The notes below the pieces were generated by a model. That model had not been told where the DNA came from. It saw only the letters and a program-made list of their open reading frames with translations, and made no database searches. Shown in pieces: positions 30,789 to 40,433 of a stretch of DNA of 64,000 nucleotides; the stretch's first letter is position 1; each line of letters opens with the position of its first letter. Source of the DNA: an uncultured virus (IMG/VR IMGVR_UViG_3300017642_000089). Its lineage: Duplodnaviria > Heunggongvirae > Uroviricota > Caudoviricetes. Where the stretch lies: IMG/VR virus record IMGVR_UViG_3300017642_000089; one strand, written 5' to 3'. Both the position numbers and the translations under genes were made by a program.

Positions 30789-31211
30789 TCATTTCTTGGT
30801 GCCTTTAATACTTTTAAGTCCGAGTACGGATATTAACTCATTTTTTTCATCGCGCGCAGATACATCCTCAAAAGTTACCTTTCCTTTCTTTGCACCGTTC
30901 CAGTGAACGAGAAGATGATCCTTAATCGCGTACAAAATTTGCAAATAATTTGGATAATTAGTGTCCTTGATGGATTCGTGATATATTGAATATATGGCCC
31001 CAGTCCGCACGGGAGAGACACTTCCCTCGGATGAATCACTTAGCCTTGCAATATGGGCATTTATCTCCTCTAACAATACTTCAACATTATAAGCAAAATG
31101 CCATTTATCTCCATTGAAAATCATCATTGTCAGAATACTCAATAGCCAATTGTTAAAAGCCATATCTTTCCTGAGGCCCTCAATTGTTTCCTGATCTGAT
31201 AAATTTTTCAT
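30789..31211 (-). CDS. Low-GC hypothetical protein between repeat copies D and E
   Basis: 140-aa ORF with GAGGA RBS. Confidence 0.65.
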   Translation of the reverse strand: MKNLSDQETIEGLRKDMAFNNWLLSILTMMIFNGDKWHFAYNVEVLLEEINAHIARLSDSSEGSVSPVRTGAIYSIYHESIKDTNYPNYLQILYAIKDHLLVHWNGAKKGKVTFEDVSARDEKNELISVLGLKSIKGTKK

Positions 31212-31291
31212 TTTACATCCTCATAAAATTTTAGTGTTGCATGTTAAGAGGCGTATGCTATGTGCTGATAGCATAGGTACTACGCACGATC

Positions 31292-31420
31292 AAAACGTAC
31301 ATTGGCCCATATCGCGCTCCTCCTGGAAGAGGGACGGGCCGGGGAGACCAATCCCCTCTCCCAGGGAAAAGCCCCAGGAAGGGGCCCTACCACGCGAATC
31401 CAGGGGGTGTCCGGGCCGCC
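31292..31420 (+). repeat. Direct repeat family, copy E
   Basis: AAAACGTACATTGGCCC...CCAAT...CCCCAGGA...CGCGAATCCAGGGGGTGTCCGGGCC. Confidence 0.85.
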
Positions 31421-31794
31421 GGCCAGGGGAGGGAGGTCGGGGCTGGCCCAGGAAACCAGCGGGGCCGGGTAAATCCTCGTCGCCATGGCGTTCACTCGGG
31501 CTGTTCCTGCGTCAACACCGCCGCCACCGTTTGACTTGAAGGACCGTGATATGCGGTCTCAGGAGCATTTGCCCCTGGGACCAAACTTTCTTCGGAGGAT
31601 GCACCCGAAAAGTCCAAATGTCCAAAAGAGGGGGGGGGCGCTTGAAAATCCCACAAGCGACCGTGGTTTCATTTCTTGTACAACTATGCGTAAAATAATG
31701 GAAATATGTTGACAGGAGCGAAAGAGACGGAGGGGTGGGGGTGACCTCTTGAAAATATTCAAGCGATCCCGGAATAATTTCTTGGTCTCACGAG

Positions 31795-31951
31795 TGGACC
31801 GGGGAGGCGATCAATTTGGCACTAGGAAAGGGAAGGGACAAACGGCCGTGAAGGTCCGCGACATCTAGGTTTGCGGACGGAAACAGGGCCTAAGACGATT
31901 TGGCACTGATTGCTTGAAAATGGAAAAAAATTGCGCGGATTTTGGCACTGA
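31795..31951 (+). repeat. Prophage left end with three TTTGGCACT transposase-binding-like repeats
   Basis: TTTGGCACT at ~31815, 31899 and 31941; candidate terminal TG at 31795. Confidence 0.6.
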
Positions 31952-31977
31952 GGTGCACGCGCTTTGATCGAAAACTG

Positions 31978-32769
31978 TTAGCGAACGTACTCGCGGCAGC
32001 TCCAGACGACGCGACCAATGATGCGCACCGAATCCGATATTTGACCGTTCATATCTACTTCAATGGGCTCGTAACGGTCGTTTCTGCTCCGCAAGATGAG
32101 CTTCCCGGGGATTCTGTCCAAGTACTTGACAAATACTTCGCTTTCTACGCTGACAGCAAATAAGCCGCCAGAGATGATTTCATTCTGTCCTTCATCAATG
32201 AGCACCGTATCGGAATCCATAAGTACGGGCTCCATGCTATCCCCTGCCACATCCATCAATACCATTTTCTTGGGCGCCCCCTTACGCTTCAAGAAGTCCG
32301 TCTTGAAGGCGTAAAGCCCGATCACTTCTCCATCCGTCTCTAGACTTCCTGTCCCTGCCGCTAGGCGTGCTCGCACTTTGGGAACCAGCGTGTAGCCCAT
32401 GCTCGGCGCGGCCTCTGGGGCCATCCACTGCGGTTCCCCCTCCGGGATCGGGTTAATCTTGCCCGGAGTTGGGGCTGTGGGCTGGGCATTGCCGCGGTGC
32501 ATGGGACCATCACCAGTCACAAGCCAATCAATTGAAATATTTGTTTTTTCTCCAACAATGACAAACCATGACGGGGGGATTTTGTTTTTTGCGGTAGCGC
32601 TGTTGATCGCTTGTCTCGAAATGCCGAGAAAATTTGCCAGGTTGCTCGCATCACCCCCGCCTGAAGCCAGAATAAGTCTATCCAGGGACGCTTTAAAACG
32701 GTTCCGGCTTTCTTCTGAAAAGTCGGAACCAAAGTCGGAAGTTTTACTTTTTACAAGATCATCATTCAT
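31978..32769 (-). CDS. Phage repressor, CI-type HTH + S24 peptidase
   Basis: ISIDWLVTGDG, AAGTG cleavage region, GDSMEP, FVKYL, IIGRVVW. Confidence 0.92.
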   Translation of the reverse strand: MNDDLVKSKTSDFGSDFSEESRNRFKASLDRLILASGGGDASNLANFLGISRQAINSATAKNKIPPSWFVIVGEKTNISIDWLVTGDGPMHRGNAQPTAPTPGKINPIPEGEPQWMAPEAAPSMGYTLVPKVRARLAAGTGSLETDGEVIGLYAFKTDFLKRKGAPKKMVLMDVAGDSMEPVLMDSDTVLIDEGQNEIISGGLFAVSVESEVFVKYLDRIPGKLILRSRNDRYEPIEVDMNGQISDSVRIIGRVVWSCREYVR

Positions 32770-32960
32770 ATTGGGATCTTACCATGTCTATCCGAAAATT
32801 TTACTTTCACAAAAGCCGGAAGTTGAAAATTGTGGTTGACGACAAAAGTTTCGAGTCGTAAACCTTTACTTACATGAGCGACGGTTAGCCGTTTCAAACG
32901 TAGCTACCAGCCCCCGCCCGGTTACACAATGTCCGAGAACCAGGAAATTCCGGATCAAGG

Positions 32961-33404
32961 ATGACGATTTTGATACCGACCGCCAGACGCCGCAGCCTGC
33001 TGGACCTGCCCAGCCTCAACGTGGATGCCGACATAGCCGCATCCATGGCTCGGATCGTCGAAGCATCCGGGCTTTCGCGGGCGACCGCCGTGGACAGGCT
33101 GAACGAAGCGGCGCGGCGCTACGGCGTACGGCTGTGCGGCGGCAACGCCGAGGCCCTCACCCTGGCCACCCTGGAAAAATGGCTCAACCCCAACGAGCCC
33201 AAGAACGTGCCGAGCATGCGGGCCTTGAACCTCTTTTGCCACGTGTTCCAGGCGACCGAGCCGTTGGACCTGCTGGCCCGGTCCCACGGGTTGGGCTGGC
33301 GGGTCATCAACGGCGAGGATGCCCGGCTCCTGGAGTGGGCCAGGACGGAACAGGAAATCAGGCGCCTGCGGGCGCGCAAACGCAAAATCGAGACGGAACT
33401 ATGA
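32961..33404 (+). CDS. Early phage hypothetical regulatory protein
   Basis: First ORF divergent from the repressor; overlaps the next ATG. Confidence 0.7.
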   Translation: MTILIPTARRRSLLDLPSLNVDADIAASMARIVEASGLSRATAVDRLNEAARRYGVRLCGGNAEALTLATLEKWLNPNEPKNVPSMRALNLFCHVFQATEPLDLLARSHGLGWRVINGEDARLLEWARTEQEIRRLRARKRKIETEL

Positions 33405-33619
33405 AGCGGGAAGGCAACAAGATTCGTTCGTGGTTGGTGGAGCGGCGCATCACGATAAGCGAGCTCGCCCGCCGGGCCGGCATCGCACGATCCATGGTCT
33501 CGGAAACCGTCCACGGTCGGCGCAACAATCGCAAAGCCCTGCGGGAACTGGTGGCGGTCGGCTGCCCGGCGCGGCTGTTGGATTTGCCGGAAGACATGAA
33601 AGGACAGCAAGCGGCCTAG
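33401..33619 (+). CDS. Ner/Cro-like HTH protein
   Basis: MKREGNKIRSWLVERRITISELARRAGIARSMVSETVHGRR; upstream of the transposase. Confidence 0.75.
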   Translation: MKREGNKIRSWLVERRITISELARRAGIARSMVSETVHGRRNNRKALRELVAVGCPARLLDLPEDMKGQQAA

Positions 33620-33644
33620 CGGCTGTTGCAGGGACGGCAAAACG

Positions 33645-35756
33645 ATGCGCGACATGGTCACGGCAAAAGAGGTTGCGGCAACGCTCGGCATTTCGGAACG
33701 CGCGGTAAGACTTCGGGCGTCAAAGGATTCTTGGGTCACCGACGAAGTCACCTGCCGTGGCGGCAAGCGCCGCCTCTATCCCGTGCGTTCGTTACCTGAT
33801 GACGTGCGGCAGGCCATTGCCGCCGCCATGCTGGCCGGCGGGACCGCGCCCGACACCCCGGCCGCCGTGGCCGAAGCCGGCCTGCCGGCCGCCACGGTGC
33901 AAGCCGAAGCCACATCCTTGGCCCGGCTCACCGCGCACCAGCGCAACACCGCCCTGGCTAGGCTGGCCTTTGTCCGCGAGATCGAACGGGCGACGCCGCT
34001 GGTCGGCAAGGAAGCCGCCATCCGCAATCTGGTACGGGCGGCCAGGGACGGCGCGCTGGCCGGCCATCTGGCCGACCTAGTGGCCGTGGCCAACGACCGC
34101 ATGGCCGCCGGACGCGGCCTGTCCCGTCGCCGGCTCTACGACTGGTGCCGGATGTTCTCTGCTGGCGGCGAGGCGGCCCTGGCCCCGCATCATCCCGGCA
34201 AGATCATGGCTGTGCCCGACTGGGCGCCGACCTTCCTTGCCATCTGGCAGCGCCCGCAAAAGCCGACCGTGGCCGACGCCTACAAGGAATTTTCCGACTG
34301 CTGCGAAGACCCCGCACCGTCCATCTTCGCCGTACGCCGCTTCCTGGCCAAAATGGCCGATGCCGACCGCGAGGCCGGCCGCGAAACCGGCAATGCCCTG
34401 CTCAAGCGTCGGCCCCACAAACGCCGCAGCACGGACGAACTCTGGCCCACCGACGTCTATACGGCCGACGGCACCACCTTCGACGCCGAAATCCAGCACC
34501 CCATCCACGGTCGCCCGTTCAAGCCCGAAGTCACCTTTATTTTGGACGTGGCCACGCGCCGTTGCGTGGGCATGAGCATCGGTGAGGCCGAAGGAGCCGG
34601 CGTCGTGCTCGACGCCTTGCGCATGGCCTGCCTGTTCGGCGGTATTCCGGCCATGTTCTACACCGACAACGGCCCCGGCTACGTCAACAACCTCATGGAG
34701 GCCCCGGGAACGGGCATGCTCGACCGCCTGGGCATCGACGCCGTGCGGGCCATACCCGGCCGGCCGCAAGGCAAGGGGCTGATGGAGCGGGCGGTCAAGA
34801 CCTTGTGCGAGCCGCTGGCCAAGCGCCTGCCGTCCTGCACCCATGCCGACATGGACCAGGACGCAGCCCACAAGGTTTTCAAGGTCACCCGGGCGGACCT
34901 GAAAAAACACGGGAAATCCAAGCTGCTGCCCACCTGGGAGACGTTCAAGGCGGCGCTTCTGGCCCGTGTCGAGGCGTACAACGCCGCGCCGCACCGGGCG
35001 CTGCCCAGGATCGAGGACCAGGCCACCGGCCGGCGGCGGCATCTTTCGCCCAACGAATACTGGGGGCAGTTCGTGGCGCGCGGCTTCGAACCCTTCACCG
35101 TGCCGCCGGCCATCCGCGACGAGCTCTTCATGCCGGGCATCCCGCGCAAGGTGCGAAACGGCGAGGTGGCGCTCGCGAACAACGTCTATTTTGCCGAGGA
35201 GTTGGCCGACTTTCACGGCGAATGGGTGGACGTGCGCTACGACATCTGGGACCCGTCGCACGTCCGGTGCTGGACGCTGGCCGGGGAACTCATCTGCACG
35301 GCCCGACTCGACGGCAACAAGCTCGCCTACTTCCCGAAAAGCCAGGTCGAGGCCGCCCGCGAGCGTCGCGAGCGCAAGCAGGTCGGCCTGCTCACCGGCA
35401 AAATCCGCCAGCTCGTGCCCGGGGCCACGGTCACGCTTCCCGAGGAGCCCCCAACCCTCATGGCCGACAGCTTCGCGCCGCCGGAGCCCGCGCTGGCGGT
35501 TTCGGCCGAGCCGGAACCCGTGGCCGAGACCGCGCCGCAGCCGGCCAGACGGCCGCTTTTCGGCTGCACCCAGGACCGCTACGCCTGGCTGGTGCAGCAT
35601 GGCGACGCCTGGACGGACAAGGACCGGGACTGGCTGGCCGCCTACGTGGCCGGCGACCAGTACGCCGACCTGGAACCGTATTTCGAGGCTCGGGGCCTTG
35701 CCTGGCAGGGCGAGCTGCGCCGGGCCAAACGCTCGAAACCAGGGGGAACGAGGTAA
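33645..35756 (+). CDS. MuA-like DDE transposase
   Basis: YTADG, YTDNGPGY, KGLMER catalytic triad; N-terminal Mu HTH; YNAAPH. Confidence 0.95.
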   Translation: MRDMVTAKEVAATLGISERAVRLRASKDSWVTDEVTCRGGKRRLYPVRSLPDDVRQAIAAAMLAGGTAPDTPAAVAEAGLPAATVQAEATSLARLTAHQRNTALARLAFVREIERATPLVGKEAAIRNLVRAARDGALAGHLADLVAVANDRMAAGRGLSRRRLYDWCRMFSAGGEAALAPHHPGKIMAVPDWAPTFLAIWQRPQKPTVADAYKEFSDCCEDPAPSIFAVRRFLAKMADADREAGRETGNALLKRRPHKRRSTDELWPTDVYTADGTTFDAEIQHPIHGRPFKPEVTFILDVATRRCVGMSIGEAEGAGVVLDALRMACLFGGIPAMFYTDNGPGYVNNLMEAPGTGMLDRLGIDAVRAIPGRPQGKGLMERAVKTLCEPLAKRLPSCTHADMDQDAAHKVFKVTRADLKKHGKSKLLPTWETFKAALLARVEAYNAAPHRALPRIEDQATGRRRHLSPNEYWGQFVARGFEPFTVPPAIRDELFMPGIPRKVRNGEVALANNVYFAEELADFHGEWVDVRYDIWDPSHVRCWTLAGELICTARLDGNKLAYFPKSQVEAARERRERKQVGLLTGKIRQLVPGATVTLPEEPPTLMADSFAPPEPALAVSAEPEPVAETAPQPARRPLFGCTQDRYAWLVQHGDAWTDKDRDWLAAYVAGDQYADLEPYFEARGLAWQGELRRAKRSKPGGTR

Positions 35757-36502
35757 TGCGCAAGCAGTTCGTGAAAACCGAGAATTACAGCCGCTTCACG
35801 GCCGGCATCGCGGCCGTGGAACAGCGCGGGGCGGCCGAGGCCGGCATGATGCTGGTGCACGGCGCGCCGGGGTTCGGGAAGTCTCACATCGTGGGGCATT
35901 GGGCGGCCGAGGTGGGGGCCGTGTTCTTGCGGGCCAACGTCGATTGGACGCCGAAATACTGTCTGGTCGAGCTGGCCAAGGCCATGCGGGTGGACCCGTC
36001 GGGCTCGGCGCAACAGCTTTTTTCCCGACTGCTGGAACGGGTGGTCGAGACGCAAACGCCCATCGTCATCGACGAGGCGGAGTTCACCTTGCATCAAAAT
36101 GCGGCCGCGCTGGAAAAGGTGCGCGACCTGTCCGACCGGGCCGAGGTGACGGTGGTGTTGATCGGCATGGAGCGCATCCAGCAAACCATCGCCCGGCACC
36201 GCCAACTTTCCAGCCGCATCGCCCAGGTGGTGGAGTTCGTGCCGTCCAGCGTGGCCGACGTGGCGCAAGCCTGCAACCAGCTCGCCGACGTGGCCATGGC
36301 TCCGGCCCTGGTGGCCGAGGTGCACCGGCTGTCCGGCGGCCGCATGCGCGAGGTGCTCAACATCATCGCGTCCATCGAACGGCTGGCCCAGCTCAACGGC
36401 CTGGGCAGCGTGGACGTGGCCGACCTGGAGGGCGTGCCCCTGGCCCATGACTGGCAAAGCCGCACGCAAAAGACCGTCCGGGCGGCGGCTGGGGGGCGTT
36501 AG
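35756..36502 (+). CDS. MuB-like AAA ATPase
   Basis: GAPGFGKS, IVIDEAE, RDLSD, LIGM, SSRI. Confidence 0.92.
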   Translation: MRKQFVKTENYSRFTAGIAAVEQRGAAEAGMMLVHGAPGFGKSHIVGHWAAEVGAVFLRANVDWTPKYCLVELAKAMRVDPSGSAQQLFSRLLERVVETQTPIVIDEAEFTLHQNAAALEKVRDLSDRAEVTVVLIGMERIQQTIARHRQLSSRIAQVVEFVPSSVADVAQACNQLADVAMAPALVAEVHRLSGGRMREVLNIIASIERLAQLNGLGSVDVADLEGVPLAHDWQSRTQKTVRAAAGGR

Positions 36503-37048
36503 ATGGCCTGGGCAGCGATGGCGATTCTTCACGTCTTGGCGGAAGGGCCGAAATTGACGCGTCAGCTCATGGTCGACCTCGGCAAGGACCGCGAATCCAT
36601 GCGCCGTTGCCTTGTCTATCTTCGTCAAAAGGGATTCGTGACCTCGGCCGAGGGCGTGCACCAGCTCACGGACAAGGGGCGGCAGTTCCTGGCCGACGGA
36701 TGCGTCATCACGTCCGGGCCGTGCACCGGCGATGCCGCCAGCCGGCGCGGCTCGACCCTGCGACAACGGGCCTGGCGGGTCATGGGCATACGTGACGGCT
36801 TCGGCCTCGACGACCTGCTCACCATGTTGTGCGACGGCAGCGAAAAGGACGCGGGGCGAAGCCTTTCCCGCTACCTGGAGGCGTTGGAGGCTGCCGGCTA
36901 CCTGCTGGCCCTGCCCCGGCGGGGCGAGGACGGGGGAAAACGCTGGCGCTTGCGGCGCGACCGCATCACCGGCCCCGAGGCCCCGGCCTACAACACGCGC
37001 ACGCGGCGTGTGACCGACTGCAACACCGGGGAGGTCAAAGCGATATGA
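36503..37048 (+). CDS. Phage hypothetical protein (winged-helix-like)
   Basis: Tightly coupled ORF after MuB. Confidence 0.75.
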   Translation: MAWAAMAILHVLAEGPKLTRQLMVDLGKDRESMRRCLVYLRQKGFVTSAEGVHQLTDKGRQFLADGCVITSGPCTGDAASRRGSTLRQRAWRVMGIRDGFGLDDLLTMLCDGSEKDAGRSLSRYLEALEAAGYLLALPRRGEDGGKRWRLRRDRITGPEAPAYNTRTRRVTDCNTGEVKAI

Positions 37049-37386
37049 GCGCCCCCTGGCTGGATTTTCTCGCGGACGAGGCGGCCCGTACGTCCATCGC
37101 GGCCACGGCCCGGCGGCTGGGCTACTCGCGCACGGCCGTAAGCCTGGCCCTGGCCGGCAAGTACCCGGGCAGCACGGACAAGCTGGCCGCCACGGTGCTG
37201 GACATCCTCGGCCGACTGGCCTGCCCGCACCTGGAGCGGGAGGTGACGCCCGGCGAATGCGCGGTAAACGGCGGCCAGATGCCGACGTCCAGTCCGGCAG
37301 CTTTGCGCCTGTGGCGGGCCTGCCAGACCTGCCCCCATAACACGACACGCCGGCCCGGGACGGCCGGAAAGGAGCATGCGGCATGA
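37045..37386 (+). CDS. Phage HTH protein with Cys motif
   Basis: ATARRLGYSRTAVSLALAGKYPG; CPHL..CQTCPH. Confidence 0.75.
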   Translation: MSAPWLDFLADEAARTSIAATARRLGYSRTAVSLALAGKYPGSTDKLAATVLDILGRLACPHLEREVTPGECAVNGGQMPTSSPAALRLWRACQTCPHNTTRRPGTAGKEHAA

Positions 37387-37991
37387 CGACGATGCTGGAA
37401 GGCTACATGGAAGACGCCAAGGGGCACCTTATCCCCGTGGCCAAGGTCAAGGACGTGGACAAGCTGCGCGACGAACTGACGCGCGGCGTCGTGCGGGGCG
37501 CCAAGGACCTGCAAACGGCCATGAAGTCGTTTCGCGCCGCGACGTTGAGCGACATTCAGGCCTTCGCCGACCTGTCGGCGGAGAAGTACGGGGCCAAGCG
37601 CGGCGGTCTCAAGGGCAATCTCACTCTGGCGAGCTTCGACGGCCGCTACAAGGTGCAGGTGCAGATCAGCGAACGCCTGCAATTCGACGAGCGGTTGCAG
37701 GCGGCCAAGGCCCTTATCGACGAATGTCTGACCGAATGGACGCAAGACAGCAAGGACGAGATCAAGGCCATCATCAACCAGGCCTTCGACATGGACAAGG
37801 AAGGCCGTGTGAACACGGGCGCGATCCTGGGCCTGCGCAAGCTGGACATCGAGGACCCGCGCTGGCGCGAGGCCATGGAGGCCATTGCCGACAGTCTGCA
37901 AGTGGTGGGCAGCAAGAAGCTGCTGCGGGTCTACGAGCGCCGGGAGGACGGCGTTTACACGCCCATCGCCCTGGACCTGGCGGCGCTGTGA
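37383..37991 (+). CDS. DUF3164-family Mu-like phage protein
   Basis: YMEDAKGHLIP, KGNLTLASFDG, FDERLQAAKALIDEC. Confidence 0.88.
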   Translation: MTTMLEGYMEDAKGHLIPVAKVKDVDKLRDELTRGVVRGAKDLQTAMKSFRAATLSDIQAFADLSAEKYGAKRGGLKGNLTLASFDGRYKVQVQISERLQFDERLQAAKALIDECLTEWTQDSKDEIKAIINQAFDMDKEGRVNTGAILGLRKLDIEDPRWREAMEAIADSLQVVGSKKLLRVYERREDGVYTPIALDLAAL

Positions 37992-38209
37992 TGGACGCGT
38001 TGCCTGTCGAGGTGCGGGAGGCTTTGGAACGGATGCCGGCCGTTACGGATGCCGTTGCCGTTACGTGGGCGCACGGCCTGGCCAGCTGTGGGCTGGATGT
38101 TTGCCAGGCCCTGCTCAAGGAACAGCGTGCCAGTGCCCGGGAGGTGGCGGTCAGGCTGGCCGCCGCCAGCATCCGGCTGGTGGAACATCTGGAAGAGGAC
38201 TGGCCGTAG
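37991..38209 (+). CDS. Phage hypothetical protein
   Basis: ATG coupled to the previous stop. Confidence 0.55.
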   Translation: MDALPVEVREALERMPAVTDAVAVTWAHGLASCGLDVCQALLKEQRASAREVAVRLAAASIRLVEHLEEDWP

Positions 38210-38215
38210 GCGGCC

Positions 38216-38476
38216 ATGGGAGACGACATGGACAATCTGAGACATGCCAACGAGCCGGGTGCGGCCGCGCCGGTGGGGCGCCCGGTGCCCCTGCGGGTGT
38301 TGCGGAGCGCCGAAACGCAGGCGTTACATTGGAAAAAGCAGGCCGAACGGCTGTCGGCCCTTATCGAACGGGCCGGGCAGGCCCAGGCGCTTCCGACCAA
38401 CTACTTGACCGAAGCCAGGATGATCCAGGCTGGAATGATTGGCCCCAACGATTTGGGATATAAGGAACAATCCTGA
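38216..38476 (+). CDS. Phage hypothetical protein
   Basis: ORF within the early operon. Confidence 0.55.
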   Translation: MGDDMDNLRHANEPGAAAPVGRPVPLRVLRSAETQALHWKKQAERLSALIERAGQAQALPTNYLTEARMIQAGMIGPNDLGYKEQS

Positions 38477-38556
38477 ATTGATTGCGAAACCGCCCTGCGC
38501 GGGCGGTCGTCCCGGCGTGGCGGCCGGGGCCTGATGAGCAGCCGAAGAGAATCATT

Positions 38557-38982
38557 ATGCGCGTCGAATCCCGAAAAAGTTTGCTGGCCAAGGTGCATAT
38601 CGCGAAAAAGGACCTGGGCCTGGACGACGACACCTACCGGCTCATGCTGGAAACCCTGACCGGCGCGGACAGCGCGGCCAAGCTCACCGTGCCGCAGCTG
38701 GTGCGGGTGGTGGCCGACCTGCGCAAGCAGGGCTGGCAGGGCCAGCCCCAAAAGCCCGCCGCCGTCCGGCGCGGCAAGCCGACCGCTCGGCCCGAAGCGG
38801 CCGGCTACCTGGCCAAGATCGAGGCGCTTTTAGCCGAGGCCGGCCGGCCCTGGTCCTACGCGTCGGGCGTGGCCCGGCGCATGTACCGGGCCGACAGCCT
38901 GGAGTGGCTCACCGCCGAGCAGATGCGGGGCGTGCTGACAGCCCTTTCCCGCGACGCCGCGCGCCACGGGAGGCCGGCATGA
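38557..38982 (+). CDS. gemA: GemA/gp16 (DUF1018) family protein
   Basis: LLAKVHIAKKDLGLDDDTYR, KIEALL; precedes mor. Confidence 0.88.
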   Translation: MRVESRKSLLAKVHIAKKDLGLDDDTYRLMLETLTGADSAAKLTVPQLVRVVADLRKQGWQGQPQKPAAVRRGKPTARPEAAGYLAKIEALLAEAGRPWSYASGVARRMYRADSLEWLTAEQMRGVLTALSRDAARHGRPA

Positions 38983-39395
38983 GCGGGGGCGGTCTGCCCG
39001 CTTCGGTGGCGGAACTGGTGGATTTGATCGGCCTGGATACCGCCATGAAGCTGGTGCGCACCCTTGGCGGCACCACCTTTCCCGTGCCCAAGCGGGCAAC
39101 CAAGCTCGGCGAACTGCGCTACAACGTGCTGGCCGACGTGGTGGGCGTGGATGCGGCGGACGCGCTGGTCAAGCATTTCGGCGGCGAGGAACTGTATATT
39201 CCGCGTTGCTCCGCCGCCTTGCAGACCGTCCGGGACGCTGAAATCAACAATTATTTCGTGGCCGAGACCAACAAAGGCCGGTCGTCGGCCGAGGTTGTTT
39301 TTCAGCTGGCGAGGCGCTACAAAATTTCCGATAGGCGGGTGTGGGATATCTTAAAGACGTTGCCGAAGACCGAAGTTTGGCTGAATCTGTTTTAA
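38979..39395 (+). CDS. mor: Mor/C-family late transcription activator
   Basis: LVRTLGGTTFPVPK, FGGEELYIPRC, RDAEI, LARRYKISDRRVWDIL. Confidence 0.88.
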   Translation: MSGGGLPASVAELVDLIGLDTAMKLVRTLGGTTFPVPKRATKLGELRYNVLADVVGVDAADALVKHFGGEELYIPRCSAALQTVRDAEINNYFVAETNKGRSSAEVVFQLARRYKISDRRVWDILKTLPKTEVWLNLF

Positions 39396-39438
39396 AAGAA
39401 AAAAATGTAACTTGCCGCAATATTTAAAGGATCAAATA

Positions 39439-40293
39439 ATGGCAGGAGATATAAGTCAAATAGCATCATTGCAGCAATCAATACCACTTTATCAACAACT
39501 AATTTCATTTTATTTAAGTCTCGGAATCACAGCCTTGTCTTTATTCTTTTTAACAAGGAATTTAGTATTGCAGGCAAAATTAAAGTTTTATATTACTAAA
39601 TATTTTTTCATTCGTGTCGCCCCATTTGGAGAGTCACTTTATGTACACACAATACTAATGAGTTCAAATGATTCTGCATTAATTAAAAACGTCTATGCTA
39701 AATTAGTCAAAAAAGATGGTGCCAACAAAAAATACACATTAGAGACCCAAATGGTTTGTGAAGTAACAAACCAAGGTTTGTCTGGTGACTACAAAATGCT
39801 GTCTTCATCACCTCTTGAAATTTTAGAAAAAGACAAAGTAAATTCAAGGGTATATGTCTTTGTCATATCTGAGTATATGAATAAAATAAAAGAACTCGGA
39901 TATTCTTTAGAAAATTTTATATTGAATCAAAGATTGCAGGCTTCTACGCAAAACATTAGTGCTGAACAGCGAAAAAAAATGACACTTGATTTGGTCAATC
40001 TCCAATTTGAATTGACAAATCAAGTTTATGATTGCCTCCAAATAGAAGAAGGGGAGTATGAGCTTACAATGTACATGGAATATGAAAAAAAGGTTGCTTG
40101 TTTAAACTACAAACGTACAGTAAAAGTCAACAACTCATTAACGTTTAGTGTCGACGCTACATATAAACAATCTGCACGAGATAAAATTTTAAAATATATT
40201 AAAGAAGCAAGTCTACAAATTTTAAAAGGTTCGCAACTAACAGCCCCATTGCCACAATACGTCCCACCTAAAATTATTGAAAAAACAAATTAG
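39439..40293 (+). CDS. Low-GC moron, N-terminal TM hypothetical protein
   Basis: AT-rich ORF within the GC-rich prophage; one hydrophobic helix. Confidence 0.75.
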   Translation: MAGDISQIASLQQSIPLYQQLISFYLSLGITALSLFFLTRNLVLQAKLKFYITKYFFIRVAPFGESLYVHTILMSSNDSALIKNVYAKLVKKDGANKKYTLETQMVCEVTNQGLSGDYKMLSSSPLEILEKDKVNSRVYVFVISEYMNKIKELGYSLENFILNQRLQASTQNISAEQRKKMTLDLVNLQFELTNQVYDCLQIEEGEYELTMYMEYEKKVACLNYKRTVKVNNSLTFSVDATYKQSARDKILKYIKEASLQILKGSQLTAPLPQYVPPKIIEKTN

Positions 40294-40332
40294 ATTTATT
40301 GCCACATATTAATTTTTATCTATAAATTTTTC

Positions 40333-40385
40333 CTGAACCCCTTCACCTATCACGCCCCCGGCCCGCCGCCTAGCATAGGCGGCGT
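40333..40385 (+). promoter_or_regulatory. Late promoter motif 1 (lysis/head operon)
   Basis: CTGAACCCCTTCACCTATC; TAGCAT 25 bp after the TGAA-N4-TTCA palindrome. Confidence 0.75.
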
Positions 40386-40433
40386 CCGGGGGCGAATCGT
40401 TTCCGCCCCCGAAACCCTTTCGTGGAGGCGCAT

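Larger units (their letters stand above)
1..31790. mobile_element. Mosaic genomic island (integrases, R-M/defence, two replication modules, repeat-delimited cargo); left boundary outside the window
   Basis: Two tyrosine recombinases, DUF927 and D5-type helicases, alternating AT-rich and GC-rich blocks, no housekeeping genes. Confidence 0.75.

Noticed and set aside
18492..31420. Repeat family as a CRISPR array or integron attC sites
   Set aside because: Units are 125-200 bp and spaced 0.7-6 kb apart; no cas genes; no RYYYAAC/GTTRRRY palindromic attC structure recognised
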